From: Shigella phage 75/02 Stx
Sequence record: KF766125
DNA: 60,875 nucleotides
Reading direction: 5' to 3' (one strand)
Shown: piece by piece, positions 1-10,266 of the stretch
Numbering within the stretch: the stretch's first letter is position 1
Layout: each line of letters begins with the position of its first letter
Translations under genes and position numbers: made by a program
Notes under the pieces: generated by a model
Databases searched by the model: none
The model's input: only the letters and a program-made list of their open reading frames with translations
Told to the model about the DNA's origin: nothing

Positions 1-51
1 TTGTTGCTCACCACTTGAAAGCGTGAGCTTAACTCATTCTAATTCAATTGC

Positions 52-1215
52 TTATGCTTTCTTTGCATCCTCAAAAACCTCAGGGTGGGACAAATTTGGG
101 ACATCGTCACTCAATATGTCGTCAATTTTCCTCGCGTGCTCTGTCAAATGATTAGGTGCAAGGTGTGCGTACCTACGCACCATTTCGATAGACTCCCAGC
201 CGCCCATTTCCTGAAGTACTGACAGCGGTACACCTGACTGAATTAACCAACTGGCCCAAGTGTGGCGGAGGTCATGAAAACGGAAATTTTCAATTCCTGC
301 CCGACGACATGCTGTTAACCACGATGTGTTATAGTCCAGGCGCATCTTTCTGATGCTTGGTGTCATTGTCCCGTCAGGCCTTCTGGCAGCAGTGGTATAA
401 ACAAACACCCAGCGGTGATGTTTGCCTATTTGATCACGCAACACCTTGCAGGCAGTGTCATTCAGTGCGACCCCAATAGCGCGGTTTGACTTACTGTCTT
501 CAGGGTTTACCCAGGCAACACGTCGCTGCATATCGATTTGTTGCCACTCCAGATTAATAATGTTTGATCTCCTCAGGCCAGTTGCCAGTGCAAATTTAAC
601 TACAGATTTCAGGGGATCAGAACATGCATCAATGAGTCTCCTGGCTTCTTCTTTTTCCAGCCATCTCACGCGTTTGTTTTTTACGGCAGGTATTTTGATT
701 ACAGGTGCTTTTTCAAGCCATTTCCAGTCTCGCTCTGCGGCGCGCAGAATAGCCTTGATCATTGCCAGGTGTGTTGCTTTTGTTTGCGTGCTCACCGATT
801 TAGGTATATAGGCTGGTGGTTCTTTCCCTTTTCTTAATGCAGCCTCCACCTGCAACTTCCATCTCTCCTTTGTTTTTCGGTTATACGCTTTGCTGATAAC
901 TGAGTAGATCATTGCCTCCGATATATCCTTAATCCTTATTCCCTCGAAATGCTCAATCCAGAATGCGATTCTGGATTTATCGGAATCGATGGATTTCTTG
1001 TCGGCTTTTTCCTCAAGCCATCTCAGGCAGGCTTCTTCGAAAGTGACATCTGGCATATCCCCCAGTCTGTCTACTCGCCAGAGTTCTGCTTTTCGCTTGT
1101 CGTGCAACTCCTGAGCTTGCCGCTTGTCCTTTGTGCCAAGAGACTCCTTAATTCGCTTCCCGCCCGGGAGCGAGTACGAGGCGTACCATATTTCACCTCT
1201 GCGGAAGAGTGACAT
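52..1215 (-). CDS. int: Phage tyrosine integrase
   Basis: 387-aa ORF; N-terminus [14 protein letters not shown] typical of lambdoid integrases; C-terminal catalytic region [10 protein letters not shown]...RYAHL. Confidence 0.95.
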   Translation of the reverse strand: MSLFRRGEIWYASYSLPGGKRIKESLGTKDKRQAQELHDKRKAELWRVDRLGDMPDVTFEEACLRWLEEKADKKSIDSDKSRIAFWIEHFEGIRIKDISEAMIYSVISKAYNRKTKERWKLQVEAALRKGKEPPAYIPKSVSTQTKATHLAMIKAILRAAERDWKWLEKAPVIKIPAVKNKRVRWLEKEEARRLIDACSDPLKSVVKFALATGLRRSNIINLEWQQIDMQRRVAWVNPEDSKSNRAIGVALNDTACKVLRDQIGKHHRWVFVYTTAARRPDGTMTPSIRKMRLDYNTSWLTACRRAGIENFRFHDLRHTWASWLIQSGVPLSVLQEMGGWESIEMVRRYAHLAPNHLTEHARKIDDILSDDVPNLSHPEVFEDAKKA

Positions 1216-1442
1216 TTTCTTTCCTCTGTTATGCCATCACCCGCGCTCACCTGGACAGTATGCAGCGGTGAATGAAGTGCTGCAATGCAGGCTTGCCGGG
1301 TTGTGAGATAAGGTGATCTTTTACCGGAAGAATTTTTTCGTGTTGCCTGTAGTCGGCCCGTTCGTATCCAGTTAACAGCTGTTGGCCTTGATATCTTGAG
1401 AAACTGACAGGCCTCTTTGAGGGTGATACTGTGTGAATCCAT
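1071..1442 (-). CDS. Putative excisionase, AlpA/MerR-like HTH (internal Met of the 154-aa ORF)
   Basis: HTH-like segment [27 protein letters not shown]; sits directly upstream of int; 3' end overlaps the int start by about 145 bp, so extent is uncertain. Confidence 0.45.
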   Translation of the reverse strand: MDSHSITLKEACQFLKISRPTAVNWIRTGRLQATRKNSSGKRSPYLTTRQACIAALHSPLHTVQVSAGDGITEERKCHSSAEVKYGTPRTRSRAGSELRSLLAQRTSGKLRSCTTSEKQNSGE

Positions 1443-1476
1443 ATTTTTGCCATTAAAAACCGCCCGAAGGCGGTTG

Positions 1477-1737
1477 TCAGTTGATTGATGTACGTCGCAT
1501 TTTTCGAAGGCTGGCAATATGCATTTCCTTCTCAATTTCCGCTTTAATCATGTGTAGTTCGTTGTGGTCGACTCGCTCAAATTCTTCATTAAATGCACCA
1601 ATTGAAGTGGCTCGGGTTCTGCCGTCGAGTCTTCGGTAGATCACCTGAGTAAGAGTTACCTTGCAGATTTCCACCGGATAGTTGTTGGCATCGACGAAAG
1701 ATTGCCCGCGCTGGATCAGGACGAACACCGGTAGCAT
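1477..1737 (-). CDS. Small excisionase-like protein (DUF1233-type, putative)
   Basis: 86-aa ORF between exo and int; family assignment from memory of int-adjacent small proteins in enterobacterial prophages. Confidence 0.5.
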   Translation of the reverse strand: MLPVFVLIQRGQSFVDANNYPVEICKVTLTQVIYRRLDGRTRATSIGAFNEEFERVDHNELHMIKAEIEKEMHIASLRKMRRTSIN

Positions 1738-1775
1738 TCCTTAACTGTCATATCATTTGCACCTCGTTGCTACGG

Positions 1776-2456
1776 CTATCGCCATTGCTCCCCAAATACA
1801 AAACTAATTTCAGCCAGTGCTTCGTCCATTTTTTCGATGAACTCCGGCACCATCTCGTCAAAACCAGCCATGTATTTTTCATCCCGCTCGACCACGACAT
1901 AATGCAGGCCTTCACGCTTCATGCGCGGGTCATAGTTGGCGAAGTACCAGGCATCTTTTCGAGTCACCCACATGCTGAATTGCACCTGGGCCATGTAAGC
2001 TGATTTTATGGCCTCGAAACCACCGAGCCGGAATTTCATGAAATCCCGGGAGGTAAACGGACATTTCAGCTCAAGGCCGTTGCCGTCACTGCATAATCCA
2101 TCCGGAGAGCAGGCGGTACGCATACTTTCGTCGCGATAGATGATCGGGGATTCAGTAATATTCACGCCGGAAGTAAACTCAAACAGGGCTCTGGCGTCGT
2201 TCTCGTACTGTTTTCCCCATGCCAGGGCTTTGGCGTTAACTTCCGGGGCCACACCCGTGCAGACCTCAGCCAGCAGGGTGTGGAAGTAGGACATTTTCAT
2301 GTCAGGCCATTTCTTTCCGGAGCGGGGTTTGGCTATCACGTTGTGAACTTCTGAAGCTGTGATGACCCCGAGCCGTAATTTTTGCCATGCATAATCTCCC
2401 TGCTCGACACCTCTCACGTCGATCCCGGTACGTTGTAGGATAATTTCTGGTGTCAT
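1776..2456 (-). CDS. exo: Lambda-type exonuclease (Red-alpha)
   Basis: 226 aa, near-identical along its length to lambda Exo ([15 protein letters not shown]...GFVFGEQWR). Confidence 0.97.
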   Translation of the reverse strand: MTPEIILQRTGIDVRGVEQGDYAWQKLRLGVITASEVHNVIAKPRSGKKWPDMKMSYFHTLLAEVCTGVAPEVNAKALAWGKQYENDARALFEFTSGVNITESPIIYRDESMRTACSPDGLCSDGNGLELKCPFTSRDFMKFRLGGFEAIKSAYMAQVQFSMWVTRKDAWYFANYDPRMKREGLHYVVVERDEKYMAGFDEMVPEFIEKMDEALAEISFVFGEQWR

Positions 2457-3238
2457 GCTGCCACCTTCTGCTCCGTGGCTTTCTGTTTCAGGAATCCAAG
2501 AACCTTCTCTGCTTCGGCCTGGGACAGTTCTGACGACGCCCGAATGTAGCGGCGAAATATCTGAGAACAGAGCGGCAAGAGGTCGTCATCCCACGTTTTT
2601 TCCATGGAAGTAAGAAGGGCGTTAATTTCCGACATGGTCTCTTCGTTAACCGGGGTGATGTCGCGTTCCGGCTGACGTTCTGTAGTATATGCGGTATTTT
2701 CGACAATGCGTTCGGCTTCATCCTTGTCATAGATACCAGCAAATCCGAAGGCCAGACGGGCACACTGAATCATCGCTTTATGCCGTAACATCCGTTTGGG
2801 ATGCGACTGCCACGGCCCCGTGATTTCTCTGCCTTCGCGGGTTTTGAATGGTGCGCGGCGACATTCATCCATCCACTCGGTAACGCAGATCGGGTGATTA
2901 CGGTCTTTGCGGTAAATCCGACATGTACAGGATTCATCGTCCTGCTCAAAGTCCATGCCATCAAACTGCTGGTTTTCGTTGATAATGCGGGACCAGCCAT
3001 CAACGCCCACCACCGGAACGATGCCGTTCTGCTTATCAGGGAAGGCGTAAATTTCTTTCGTCCATGGATTAAGGCCGTACTGGTTGGCAACGATCAGCAA
3101 TGCGATGAACTGCGCATCGCTGGCATCACCTTTAAATGCAGTCTGGCGAAGAGTGGTGATCAGTTCCTGTGGGTCGACAGAATCCATGCCGACACGTTCA
3201 GCCAGCTTCCCTGCCAGCGTTGCGAGAGCTGTACTCAT
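2453..3238 (-). CDS. bet: Single-strand annealing protein Bet (Red-beta)
   Basis: 261 aa, lambda Bet-like throughout; overlaps exo start by 4 nt as in lambda. Confidence 0.97.
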   Translation of the reverse strand: MSTALATLAGKLAERVGMDSVDPQELITTLRQTAFKGDASDAQFIALLIVANQYGLNPWTKEIYAFPDKQNGIVPVVGVDGWSRIINENQQFDGMDFEQDDESCTCRIYRKDRNHPICVTEWMDECRRAPFKTREGREITGPWQSHPKRMLRHKAMIQCARLAFGFAGIYDKDEAERIVENTAYTTERQPERDITPVNEETMSEINALLTSMEKTWDDDLLPLCSQIFRRYIRASSELSQAEAEKVLGFLKQKATEQKVAA

Positions 3239-3243
3239 CTGGT

Positions 3244-3540
3244 TTATACCTCTGAATCAATATAAATCTGGTGGCGGGCAATGGTTTCAACCATGTACCG
3301 GATGTGTTCTGCCATGCGTTCCTGAAAATCGACATCGTCATCAAATGCACGGGCAATGGCTTTTTTGCTGGCTCCATGACGTTGCAGATTATCGATGCAC
3401 AGCGATTCAAACAGGTGCTGGGGCAGACCTTTTTCCAGGTCGTCCGCCAGTTCAGTCTCATTTTCTTCACGGGCAATTTGCCGGTAGTGTCGTGCCCATG
3501 ACTGCTCTTCAATGCGATCGGGGATAAGCCAGGCATTCAT
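3244..3540 (-). CDS. gam: Gam, host RecBCD inhibitor (short form)
   Basis: 98 aa matching the lambda Gam C-terminal 98 residues (QSWARHY...[10 protein letters not shown]...IDSEV). Confidence 0.9.
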   Translation of the reverse strand: MNAWLIPDRIEEQSWARHYRQIAREENETELADDLEKGLPQHLFESLCIDNLQRHGASKKAIARAFDDDVDFQERMAEHIRYMVETIARHQIYIDSEV

Positions 3541-5585
3541 GATTTATCACCTCCAAAATTTTCAAGCCTGTTGGCAATCATGATTGCGATATCAGGGATT
3601 GCTGGCGCTGTTGCGACGCATGCAGGGTTTGCGCACAAACCATAGACGGCTGCAAGCACGAGTTGCCTTTTCCAGTCGAAATCTGCTTGCTCTGAATCAT
3701 CATTATTGTCAGAAGCATCACTATCTGGATCGATGTGAACAACCGAATCGTGTTCCTGAGTTGTATCAACAGCATTTTTCTGAATGTATTCATTCTTCAT
3801 TTGTGCCTGGTCATCTCCAGCAGCGGTCTCATTTTCTCCAAAAGTTTCAGCGTAAGTTTCATCTCCCATTACTGGACCACAGTCAGGGCAATGCCCGCCA
3901 CTGTTCTGACCGCATGCGGTGCAAACCTTTTCCACTTCCTGTTGCATTACTGGCCCAGGCTGTTGCTCTTCCGGTCCGTTTTGTTGCGTATCCGGGCTGT
4001 TTTGTTCCACTTTGGATTGATTCTGGTCCTCAGTGTCGCGAGTCTGGATCCCCTTCACCCACTTCGGGTCGGTTGGGTCGCTGATGCCTTCAACGAACTC
4101 CCCACGAGAGGCAGCCAGCAATTTGTCTGCATCGACAGGATTTTTGGGCAAAATGTTTTTCCTGGCTTCATAGAGTTCTGCTCTCAGTTCCTGGTATTTC
4201 GTTTCTACAGATGAGACATTTTCCAGTGATTGCGTGTCCGCATTATGTTTAACTGGAATTTCTTCCACTGATTCAGGCGCTGCCTGTTCATTAGACATTG
4301 CGTCCGATGTTTGCTGCTTTTCTTCATCGTCATGTATCTCTTCTGCTGTTCCGCGCTGCGGCATCGGGGCTGATGAGCGACCGCAGGCAATTTCCACGAT
4401 TTCCGGATCCGGGTTAGAGTGATCGGTTTCGGTCAACACTTTGTTGAGATATTCAGTCACGCGCGCCGGGATAGCCTCAATGCCAATTGGTGCTTCTTTC
4501 ACTGAAGCCACCACAATGGCGCGGGAATAATCCAGCCCACCGGGCATGGCGATGAATTTGTCACGGAAAACAGAAAAGGGCGGTTTATTCTCTGCAACGA
4601 TTTCTTCAACGCGTTTTGCATGTGCAGGGTGCAGGTTATAAATATCCACATCCATTGAACGGGCCAGAACGCCAGTGGCAATGTCTCGCGCCAGTGATGC
4701 CTGATTGTGGGTAAAGCCTTCGCCACGATCGGTAAGATTTCCGCCGCCAGCGTTAGCACCGGAAGGCGTACGGGTGATGCCTGTAACACAATTTCCTTTC
4801 TGCCATTCTTTTGTCAGCAATCCCTGATCCACATAGTCTGTTTTCATCCAGGTGGAGATGAACTTGTCGAATTCGGCCGGGCCGATATGACGGGTTGTTG
4901 AGTGAGAGAATGCCTTTCCAACGGATTGTGCCAGTCTTCCCAGATGATAATTCGTCAGCTTATCCAGTTCTGGATGTGAACGCACAGCAGTAAGCAGGCT
5001 CTGAAGGTAACTGTCTTCTGTGTCCATCTCCAGACGAATCACCTGATTACGTTGTTCTGGTGTGGCGTGATGCCGGTATTTTCCATCTTCATCCTTGCTG
5101 AAGAAGAAGAGGTGAAGGAAGCGATGAGTAAGGCTCAGAGTGGCGACGGGAATTTCACACTCAGAACAGTTATCGTCGCTGTCCGGGGATTCGCTTTTCT
5201 CCACATCATCCGGAATAGTTCCGTCCAGGTTATCGTTGTCATCGCCAGCAGTTGTGGCATCTTCACCGTTGATGTTGTCATCGAAGGGGATAGCCATCAT
5301 GGTGATGCCATCGTTACCGCCTTTTTCATAGCGGTTGCAGAATTCAGTATCAAACACGCCTTCCGGTGGAAGGTCATTCACGACGGGGAAATTTACACGA
5401 ACGGGTTTTTTGAAATCATCCTCGTCGTAGCCTGCATCGTCCATGGCTGCAATGCAGCGGGAAACTGCGACAGAAAGTTTTCTGGTATCAGCCCAGAAAA
5501 AACCGCCTTTGATGCCAAGGCGTTTTCTGACTTTATCGTTTTTTGCTTCGCAGTGCAGTGCAAAAGTTTGTTTATCAGCGCTCAT
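3537..5585 (-). CDS. Large hypothetical early protein, acidic, with C-terminal Cys cluster
   Basis: 682-aa uninterrupted ORF translationally coupled to gam; D/E-rich low-complexity stretches; [16 protein letters not shown] motif; no family recognised. Confidence 0.7.
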   Translation of the reverse strand: MSADKQTFALHCEAKNDKVRKRLGIKGGFFWADTRKLSVAVSRCIAAMDDAGYDEDDFKKPVRVNFPVVNDLPPEGVFDTEFCNRYEKGGNDGITMMAIPFDDNINGEDATTAGDDNDNLDGTIPDDVEKSESPDSDDNCSECEIPVATLSLTHRFLHLFFFSKDEDGKYRHHATPEQRNQVIRLEMDTEDSYLQSLLTAVRSHPELDKLTNYHLGRLAQSVGKAFSHSTTRHIGPAEFDKFISTWMKTDYVDQGLLTKEWQKGNCVTGITRTPSGANAGGGNLTDRGEGFTHNQASLARDIATGVLARSMDVDIYNLHPAHAKRVEEIVAENKPPFSVFRDKFIAMPGGLDYSRAIVVASVKEAPIGIEAIPARVTEYLNKVLTETDHSNPDPEIVEIACGRSSAPMPQRGTAEEIHDDEEKQQTSDAMSNEQAAPESVEEIPVKHNADTQSLENVSSVETKYQELRAELYEARKNILPKNPVDADKLLAASRGEFVEGISDPTDPKWVKGIQTRDTEDQNQSKVEQNSPDTQQNGPEEQQPGPVMQQEVEKVCTACGQNSGGHCPDCGPVMGDETYAETFGENETAAGDDQAQMKNEYIQKNAVDTTQEHDSVVHIDPDSDASDNNDDSEQADFDWKRQLVLAAVYGLCANPACVATAPAIPDIAIMIANRLENFGGDKS

Positions 5586-5663
5586 TGTATTTAAACCTCT
5601 GGCTGGGTTAGAATTGGCGGCCCTTTGTCTGATTTCTCCGAATACAGTGACGCAGGGGGTAGT

Positions 5664-5692
5664 CCGGTAGCCTGCGCTGCCGGATTTTTTAT
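5664..5692 (+). terminator. Hairpin plus T-tract facing into the minus-strand operon
   Basis: ccggtagc/gctgccgg stem (one G-U), loop ctgc, then atttttt. Confidence 0.35.
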
Positions 5693-5693
5693 T

Positions 5694-6080
5694 TCAGTGT
5701 AAGGTTGCTTGGTTTGTTGTTTTGTGAGTTGTTTTTTTCTTTTCATGCTGGCAGTCAGAGCAGTTGCATTCGCCATTTTCTCTGAGAAGTTGAAGTGCCA
5801 GGGTCAGTTCCTGAATTCTTTGTGGATCAATATGACTGTCGACAATTTCAGATGCAGCATGAATATATGGGCTGGTGGTTTTGCAATATAAACCGAAGGA
5901 AACAAAGCGACTGTCTTTATATTCGTTATTTCCAACTTCTGTAAGCACTGAAAAAGAAAATACAAAGTCGATTTTGTATTCTTTGCATATTTTACTGATG
6001 CGTTCTGCAATTTCTTTGAGTTCATTTATTGCATCAGGGCTGGTTTCGGAAAATATTTCATTTTGCGCAAGTTCTTTCAT
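5694..6080 (-). CDS. Hypothetical protein
   Basis: 128-aa ORF in an AT-rich segment of the pL operon; Cys pair CNCSDC near C-terminus. Confidence 0.5.
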   Translation of the reverse strand: MKELAQNEIFSETSPDAINELKEIAERISKICKEYKIDFVFSFSVLTEVGNNEYKDSRFVSFGLYCKTTSPYIHAASEIVDSHIDPQRIQELTLALQLLRENGECNCSDCQHEKKKTTHKTTNQATLH

Positions 6081-6165
6081 TTTGATTTTTCCGTGATTGA
6101 TAATTAATGCGGTTTTTATTTCGGCTTGTCTGTTACATATATGGAAGGTGTATTTTAATTACTCG

Positions 6166-6387
6166 TCACAACGACTCTGCTTTTACGGGTAAGCCATCGC
6201 GCCCGATGAATACTTTAATCATGCAGTTGGTAATGCATGTTTTTGTAGTCAGGCTACGAATATAGAGCTTTCTCTTTTCAATATTGTTTGCTGAAGCGAT
6301 ATATGTGCGGCCTTCATGAAGAACATAATCGCCAGGTGTCACGCACTGACGTGGTATTTCATCAGTTCCGAAGTGATGAGCAATCAT
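6166..6387 (-). CDS. Hypothetical small protein
   Basis: ORF with GGAG Shine-Dalgarno 6 nt upstream of the internal ATG at 6387. Confidence 0.4.
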   Translation of the reverse strand: MIAHHFGTDEIPRQCVTPGDYVLHEGRTYIASANNIEKRKLYIRSLTTKTCITNCMIKVFIGRDGLPVKAESL

Positions 6388-6561
6388 AATTATCTCCATT
6401 TTCACAAATGAACTTTGTTGATGCGGTGCCTGGTGCCTCCAGGTGACGTTAACCAGTTAACAATTAACGCCGGAGCAGGGGATGATGATTTTCCGTGACA
6501 TCCTGTAGGTTTAACTGTTCCGCGTGCGCATAGCCGCATTCACCGCATCATAAAATTCACT

Positions 6562-6605
6562 TTTAAAAAGGGCGGACATCAGCAATCGGCAAACCGATGT
6601 CCGCC
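6562..6605 (-). terminator. Intrinsic terminator in pL operon (tL-like)
   Basis: Perfect 10-bp stem ggcggacatc/gatgtccgcc with 15-nt loop; on the minus strand followed by CUUUUUAAAAG. Confidence 0.5.
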
Positions 6606-6718
6606 AAAGAGGATATTGATACATGGATGTTGCAGCGGGGTTGTCACTCAGGCGTCTGGGGCGATTTCTATTATTTACGATGCACTTGAAACATTCCTTG
6701 ATCGAAAACTTTCATCTG

Positions 6719-7096
6719 TCACCGACGGAACATCGAGTAAGCAATAACATTTAACACACACTCTAAATAACAAGGGGTGGGCTTGATACCGTTCTTTTCA
6801 AGCTCACTCGTAATCACCTCCAGAAGTCGTGCGCCCATGAGAATTGTCTTGTGGGATGAAGCTATTACGCCGTCGCTGATATTGCTGTTTATTTCTATTG
6901 CTTCATTTTCACCATTCGCGCTAACTTCGGATATGTTATTTTCACTCTCCTGTTTCAGAGCTTTTTCTGCCATCCGGATGCGTTCCTGCGTTGCGGAGTT
7001 TGGGCTAAGTCGATAAACCTGTCTGGCATCTTCCAGAAGCAGGGCGATAATGTGCTTCAGTTCTGTTTCGTTCATAGTTAACTCCGGTAGTTGCAA
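6719..7096 (-). CDS. Hypothetical protein
   Basis: 125-aa ORF, same strand and operon as N. Confidence 0.55.
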   Translation of the reverse strand: MQLPELTMNETELKHIIALLLEDARQVYRLSPNSATQERIRMAEKALKQESENNISEVSANGENEAIEINSNISDGVIASSHKTILMGARLLEVITSELEKNGIKPTPCYLECVLNVIAYSMFRR

Positions 7097-7106
7097 TTTA
7101 TTAATA

Positions 7107-7823
7107 TCAGGCGGTCAGCTCTTTAAGCTTCTGAACTGCTTTATTCATTTCATCCATACAGTCGATGAATTCGTCCAGTTTAAGCTGCATTTTTCCGGCG
7201 GCCTGAAGAATTTCAAGTTTTAAGGGCGCAAGTTTTTTGTTGAATACATCATCTTCCTGGCGTTTTTTCTCCGCAATTTCGGCGGCTTTCAGCAATTCTT
7301 CCGCCTGCTTTCTGAGTATTTCTGGTGAAGGTGAAACTGATTTTAGGTTATTCATTTCAGGTTCCTGTTGTTGCAGAATTAATTTGTTGCATTCTCTGCG
7401 TGAGCGTTTCATCGCAGATTCGCACTTCTTGCAATAAATGGCTCTCCCGTCACGTTTGCTGGCATCTGAATAAAAATCATCGACTGATTTTGTCTGCCCG
7501 CATCTGGTACATAATTTTGATTGAAGGTCCTTAATGATTGTGACGTTTCCTTCCCGCTTGGGATATCCATATTTTTTGTGGCGGAAAAAGGTTACTCCGT
7601 TACCAGAACCTTCTTTTCTGACCTTAAATACAATGATGCTTTCCCGTTTATCGATAAAATCTATGAGCTGGTTTCTCTCCTTTCCTGACAGTTCGGCAAA
7701 TGTCTTAACTTTTTTAGTAACTTCCGTAAGGCGAACGCCGTCAGGCATTTTTTCAACGAAGTTTTTAATCTCTGCAAGCGGACGCCATAATTTTTGCGGC
7801 AAAACTGAAGGCGTGGTCATCAA
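7107..7823 (-). CDS. Hypothetical protein with CxxC...CxxC zinc-ribbon motif
   Basis: 238-aa ORF immediately downstream of N; CTRCG...CKKCE; K/E-rich coiled-coil-like C-terminus. Confidence 0.6.
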   Translation of the reverse strand: MMTTPSVLPQKLWRPLAEIKNFVEKMPDGVRLTEVTKKVKTFAELSGKERNQLIDFIDKRESIIVFKVRKEGSGNGVTFFRHKKYGYPKREGNVTIIKDLQSKLCTRCGQTKSVDDFYSDASKRDGRAIYCKKCESAMKRSRRECNKLILQQQEPEMNNLKSVSPSPEILRKQAEELLKAAEIAEKKRQEDDVFNKKLAPLKLEILQAAGKMQLKLDEFIDCMDEMNKAVQKLKELTA

Positions 7824-8096
7824 TCACCTCGCTGTTATTGTTCCGGATTTGCGATAGCCAGCTGCGTAAAGTGCAGTGTTTGGAAGACAAGTAGAGCCTT
7901 CATATTTTCTGGTTAATGTCGTTATCGTGACTACTTCAGCTCGCATTGCGGCTTTGCGTTTGCACTGTAAGTACACCCGTGAAGGTGTGGGGCGGTGCAG
8001 TTTATCAGCGCTTGATGCCTCCAGACTCTGAAGCTCAGCCCGGTGTGCTCTGCGGCGGGAAGCTGCGGTGCCTTTAAATTCTGTTTTTCTGGACAT
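7824..8096 (-). CDS. N: N-like transcription antitermination protein
   Basis: Arg-rich motif ASRRRAHRAE near N-terminus; C-terminus ALYAAGYRKSGTITAR resembles P22-type N (ALYAAGHRKSKQITAR); GGGAGA SD 5 nt upstream of the ATG at 8096. Confidence 0.8.
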   Translation of the reverse strand: MSRKTEFKGTAASRRRAHRAELQSLEASSADKLHRPTPSRVYLQCKRKAAMRAEVVTITTLTRKYEGSTCLPNTALYAAGYRKSGTITAR

Positions 8097-8212
8097 AGAT
8101 TTCTCCCGAATAAACTTTGGCGATGCAATCTCGAAGCCTCCCCTGAGATGATTGCTTCGGCATTGCACCCGACAGCTTATGCGGTTGGGCGATCTGGCTT
8201 TGCAGCCACGTA

Positions 8213-8241
8213 GTCGAGTGTTCGACGTTGTTTAAAGAGCT
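8213..8241 (-). promoter_or_regulatory. nutL-like site (boxA + boxB)
   Basis: Minus strand reads AGCTCTTTAAACAAC (rrn/phage boxA-like) followed by GTCGAacacTCGAC hairpin; lies between putative pL and N. Confidence 0.5.
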
Positions 8242-8284
8242 TTCCAATTGGGACCGCGTTGTTATCGGTGACCTGTTGGTAAAA

Positions 8285-8330
8285 TGATTATTAACCGTTG
8301 GTTAGTGTTAGTCAATAACTCAAAGTTAAA
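8285..8330 (-). promoter_or_regulatory. pL promoter with OL operator palindromes
   Basis: Minus strand TTGACT-17 nt-AATAAT; palindromes TTAACCGTTGGTTA and TAACTCAAAGTTA overlap spacer and -35. Confidence 0.45.
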
Positions 8331-8458
8331 ATTATTGTAGAGGCATTCTATGTTTTTGATTTTTAGTTAATTATTATTGCTTGTTCGGTGAGCGACGGTT
8401 ATCAAGTATGAAGGGGTATAGAAGCTAGGATAGATGAGTTTTGGCTAGCTGGGTTAAT

Positions 8459-8485
8459 AAAAAACCCGGCTCTGAGGCCGGGGGA
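8459..8485 (-). terminator. Intrinsic terminator downstream of cI
   Basis: cccggc/gccggg stem with 6-nt loop, followed on the minus strand by U6. Confidence 0.6.
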
Positions 8486-8490
8486 GAGGG

Positions 8491-9261
8491 CTAAAGCAGA
8501 ACTGAATACCAGAAAACTTTTCCGATAATCTCCACGCTTTGAGTATCTGCTTCTTCGTCAGGGTACTCTTCACTGTTATAACTGCGTATGATTAGTTTTC
8601 CACCGGGGCGTCTGTACAATAGCTTTATACGCTTCAGTTTTTCATCACCGACACCAGGCTGTGCGATGGCGTAGAGTTTGCTGTCAACAATACGTTTGTT
8701 GTTTGTGTCTACTGCGATTGTTGTTCCATCTGGTATCACGGGTTCCATGCTATCACCAGTAGCCGGAAAACAAAGCACACCAGAACCATCACTGTTAGCT
8801 CCGACACGGCGCAAGGTTGCTTTTGAGAAGCGTAATTTAAAACCATTATGATCTTCGCAATGAACTCTTCCGTCACCGCATGCAAACTCAATGTCTTTCA
8901 GATATGGCACCTCAACTTCATCATCTCGTAGTGGTGTATTTCTGTCCCAAGTTTCAAGGGAACCCCATTCTGATTCGTTTGGAATAGAAGGTCGCTGTTT
9001 TACGGATGGCTCGTTACTGCCATACTCCAACCACTCCGGCTTCACGGAAAGCCAGTCACTAAGTGCCAAAATACTTGTTTTTTCTGGAATTGATGCAGAA
9101 TTAAGCCATTTCCAGATCCCCGGTTCAGAGATATCAATGCCTCGCAGTTTCATTGCATTCTGAATCCGCTTAGCCTGACCGCGTCCGCCCACACCTGCAT
9201 CTAATAATGCCTGTAGTAGTCTCTTTGAGAACGCTTCTTTTAGTTCATCTTTTTTAACCAT
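8491..9261 (-). CDS. cI: CI-type prophage repressor (HTH + S24 LexA-like peptidase domain)
   Basis: 256 aa; C-terminal GDSMEP active-site motif with downstream Lys; divergent from cro across an operator region. Confidence 0.9.
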   Translation of the reverse strand: MVKKDELKEAFSKRLLQALLDAGVGGRGQAKRIQNAMKLRGIDISEPGIWKWLNSASIPEKTSILALSDWLSVKPEWLEYGSNEPSVKQRPSIPNESEWGSLETWDRNTPLRDDEVEVPYLKDIEFACGDGRVHCEDHNGFKLRFSKATLRRVGANSDGSGVLCFPATGDSMEPVIPDGTTIAVDTNNKRIVDSKLYAIAQPGVGDEKLKRIKLLYRRPGGKLIIRSYNSEEYPDEEADTQSVEIIGKVFWYSVLL

Positions 9262-9333
9262 ACGTTAATTATCAAACATAGTTGACATAACTGTCAGCTA
9301 ATAGTTAATATTAACTCGAAGTTAACTAAATTA
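9262..9333. promoter_or_regulatory. OR region: pR / pRM with operator palindromes
   Basis: pR TTGACA(9282-9287)-18 nt-TAATAT; leaderless-type pRM with GATAAT next to the cI ATG; palindromes AGTTAATATTAACT and TTAACTCGAAGTTAA. Confidence 0.6.
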
Positions 9334-9573
9334 ATGGATAGCAGTATGAATCCGATACAATTCGCAGTAAAAGCTGTTGGTGGTCAAACAGTCGCTGCCC
9401 GTTTATGCGGGTTGTCAAATGTTGCAATTCATAAGTGGGTTAAAAACGGAGCGTTACCTCGCACCGAATACACGATGAAAACCAACTATTCGGAAATTCT
9501 CGCCAATGCATCTGATGGCAAATTTACCGCCGAATGGTTACGCAATGTAGCGAATCCTGATCGTCAACGATAA
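9334..9573 (+). CDS. cro: Cro-like HTH regulator
   Basis: 79-aa ORF divergent from cI, HTH-like segment; start may be the second ATG at 9346. Confidence 0.8.
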   Translation: MDSSMNPIQFAVKAVGGQTVAARLCGLSNVAIHKWVKNGALPRTEYTMKTNYSEILANASDGKFTAEWLRNVANPDRQR

Positions 9574-9586
9574 GCTCAATTAACAC

Positions 9587-9613
9587 TGCTCTTTTCACAA
9601 TGGACATTCGTCC
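9587..9613 (+). promoter_or_regulatory. nutR-like site (boxA + boxB)
   Basis: TGCTCTTTTCACAA boxA-like followed by GGACattcGTCC hairpin, between cro and cII. Confidence 0.5.
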
Positions 9614-9716
9614 TACGTCGCTGAAAAGCGAGCCCCAAGATATCTGACCAACTAAGGCCATATGCGTTTCCACGCATACCTTTCAACTAACTATTCACTA
9701 TTTGGAATCATAAGAA

Positions 9717-10013
9717 ATGTCACAAACAAGTTACAGCAAACTGTCGCAGCGCGATATCGATCGCGCTGAAACGGATTTACTTATCAACCTGTCAGCTCTG
9801 ACGCAAAGGGGACTGGCGAAGATGATTGGCTGCCATGAATCGAAGGTCAGTCGTACCGACTGGCGATACATTGCGGCGATTTTATGTGCGTTCCAGATGG
9901 CATCTGATATCAGTCCGATCAGCCGGGCGTTCAACCATGCCATTAACGTTCATGCAAATAAAAAACGTCCGGTTGGGGCCGGACGTTCTGAGCAAATCCT
10001 GATGAATATTTGA
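9717..10013 (+). CDS. cII: CII transcriptional activator
   Basis: 98 aa; C-terminus NKKRPVGAGRSEQILMNI matches lambda CII (NKKRPAATERSEQIQMEF). Confidence 0.9.
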   Translation: MSQTSYSKLSQRDIDRAETDLLINLSALTQRGLAKMIGCHESKVSRTDWRYIAAILCAFQMASDISPISRAFNHAINVHANKKRPVGAGRSEQILMNI

Positions 10014-10084
10014 TATTCAGGCAGGGCATGGAGCAATACACGGGAATAATTCTGCCACATCTGGAAGAATTTCGCCAGCAACAA

Positions 10085-10234
10085 CACCAACCGCAGCAGC
10101 CTGAAGCCGATTGGGTTAACCCGGAGATACCGGGACCGTCTGTGAAGATGTGCAGTCACACCAATGTGCAGTCACACCAACCGCAGCAGCCTGAAGCCGA
10201 TTGGGTTAACCCAGGAGATACCGGGACCGTCTGC
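10085..10234. repeat. Two direct copies of an approx. 58-bp iteron-like element upstream of the O-like gene
   Basis: caccaaccgcagcagcctgaagccgattgggttaaccc(g/ag)gagataccgggaccgtctg at 10085-10142 and 10176-10234; each has the 10-bp palindrome GGGTTAACCC; a third diverged copy lies inside the O-like gene at 10925-11014. Confidence 0.75.
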
Positions 10235-10266
10235 GGTATGGAGTAAATCTTGTATGCGAGGGGACT

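Noticed and set aside
1247-1453. 68-aa ORF (MAKIWIHTV...) overlapping the AlpA-like frame
   Set aside because: Alternative frame of the same DNA; the HTH-containing frame is the more protein-like, so this one is treated as spurious
10010-10246. 78-aa ORF between cII and the O-like gene
   Set aside because: Its sequence is dominated by translation of the tandem iteron-like repeats (HQPQQPEADWVNP twice); most likely non-coding origin-related DNA
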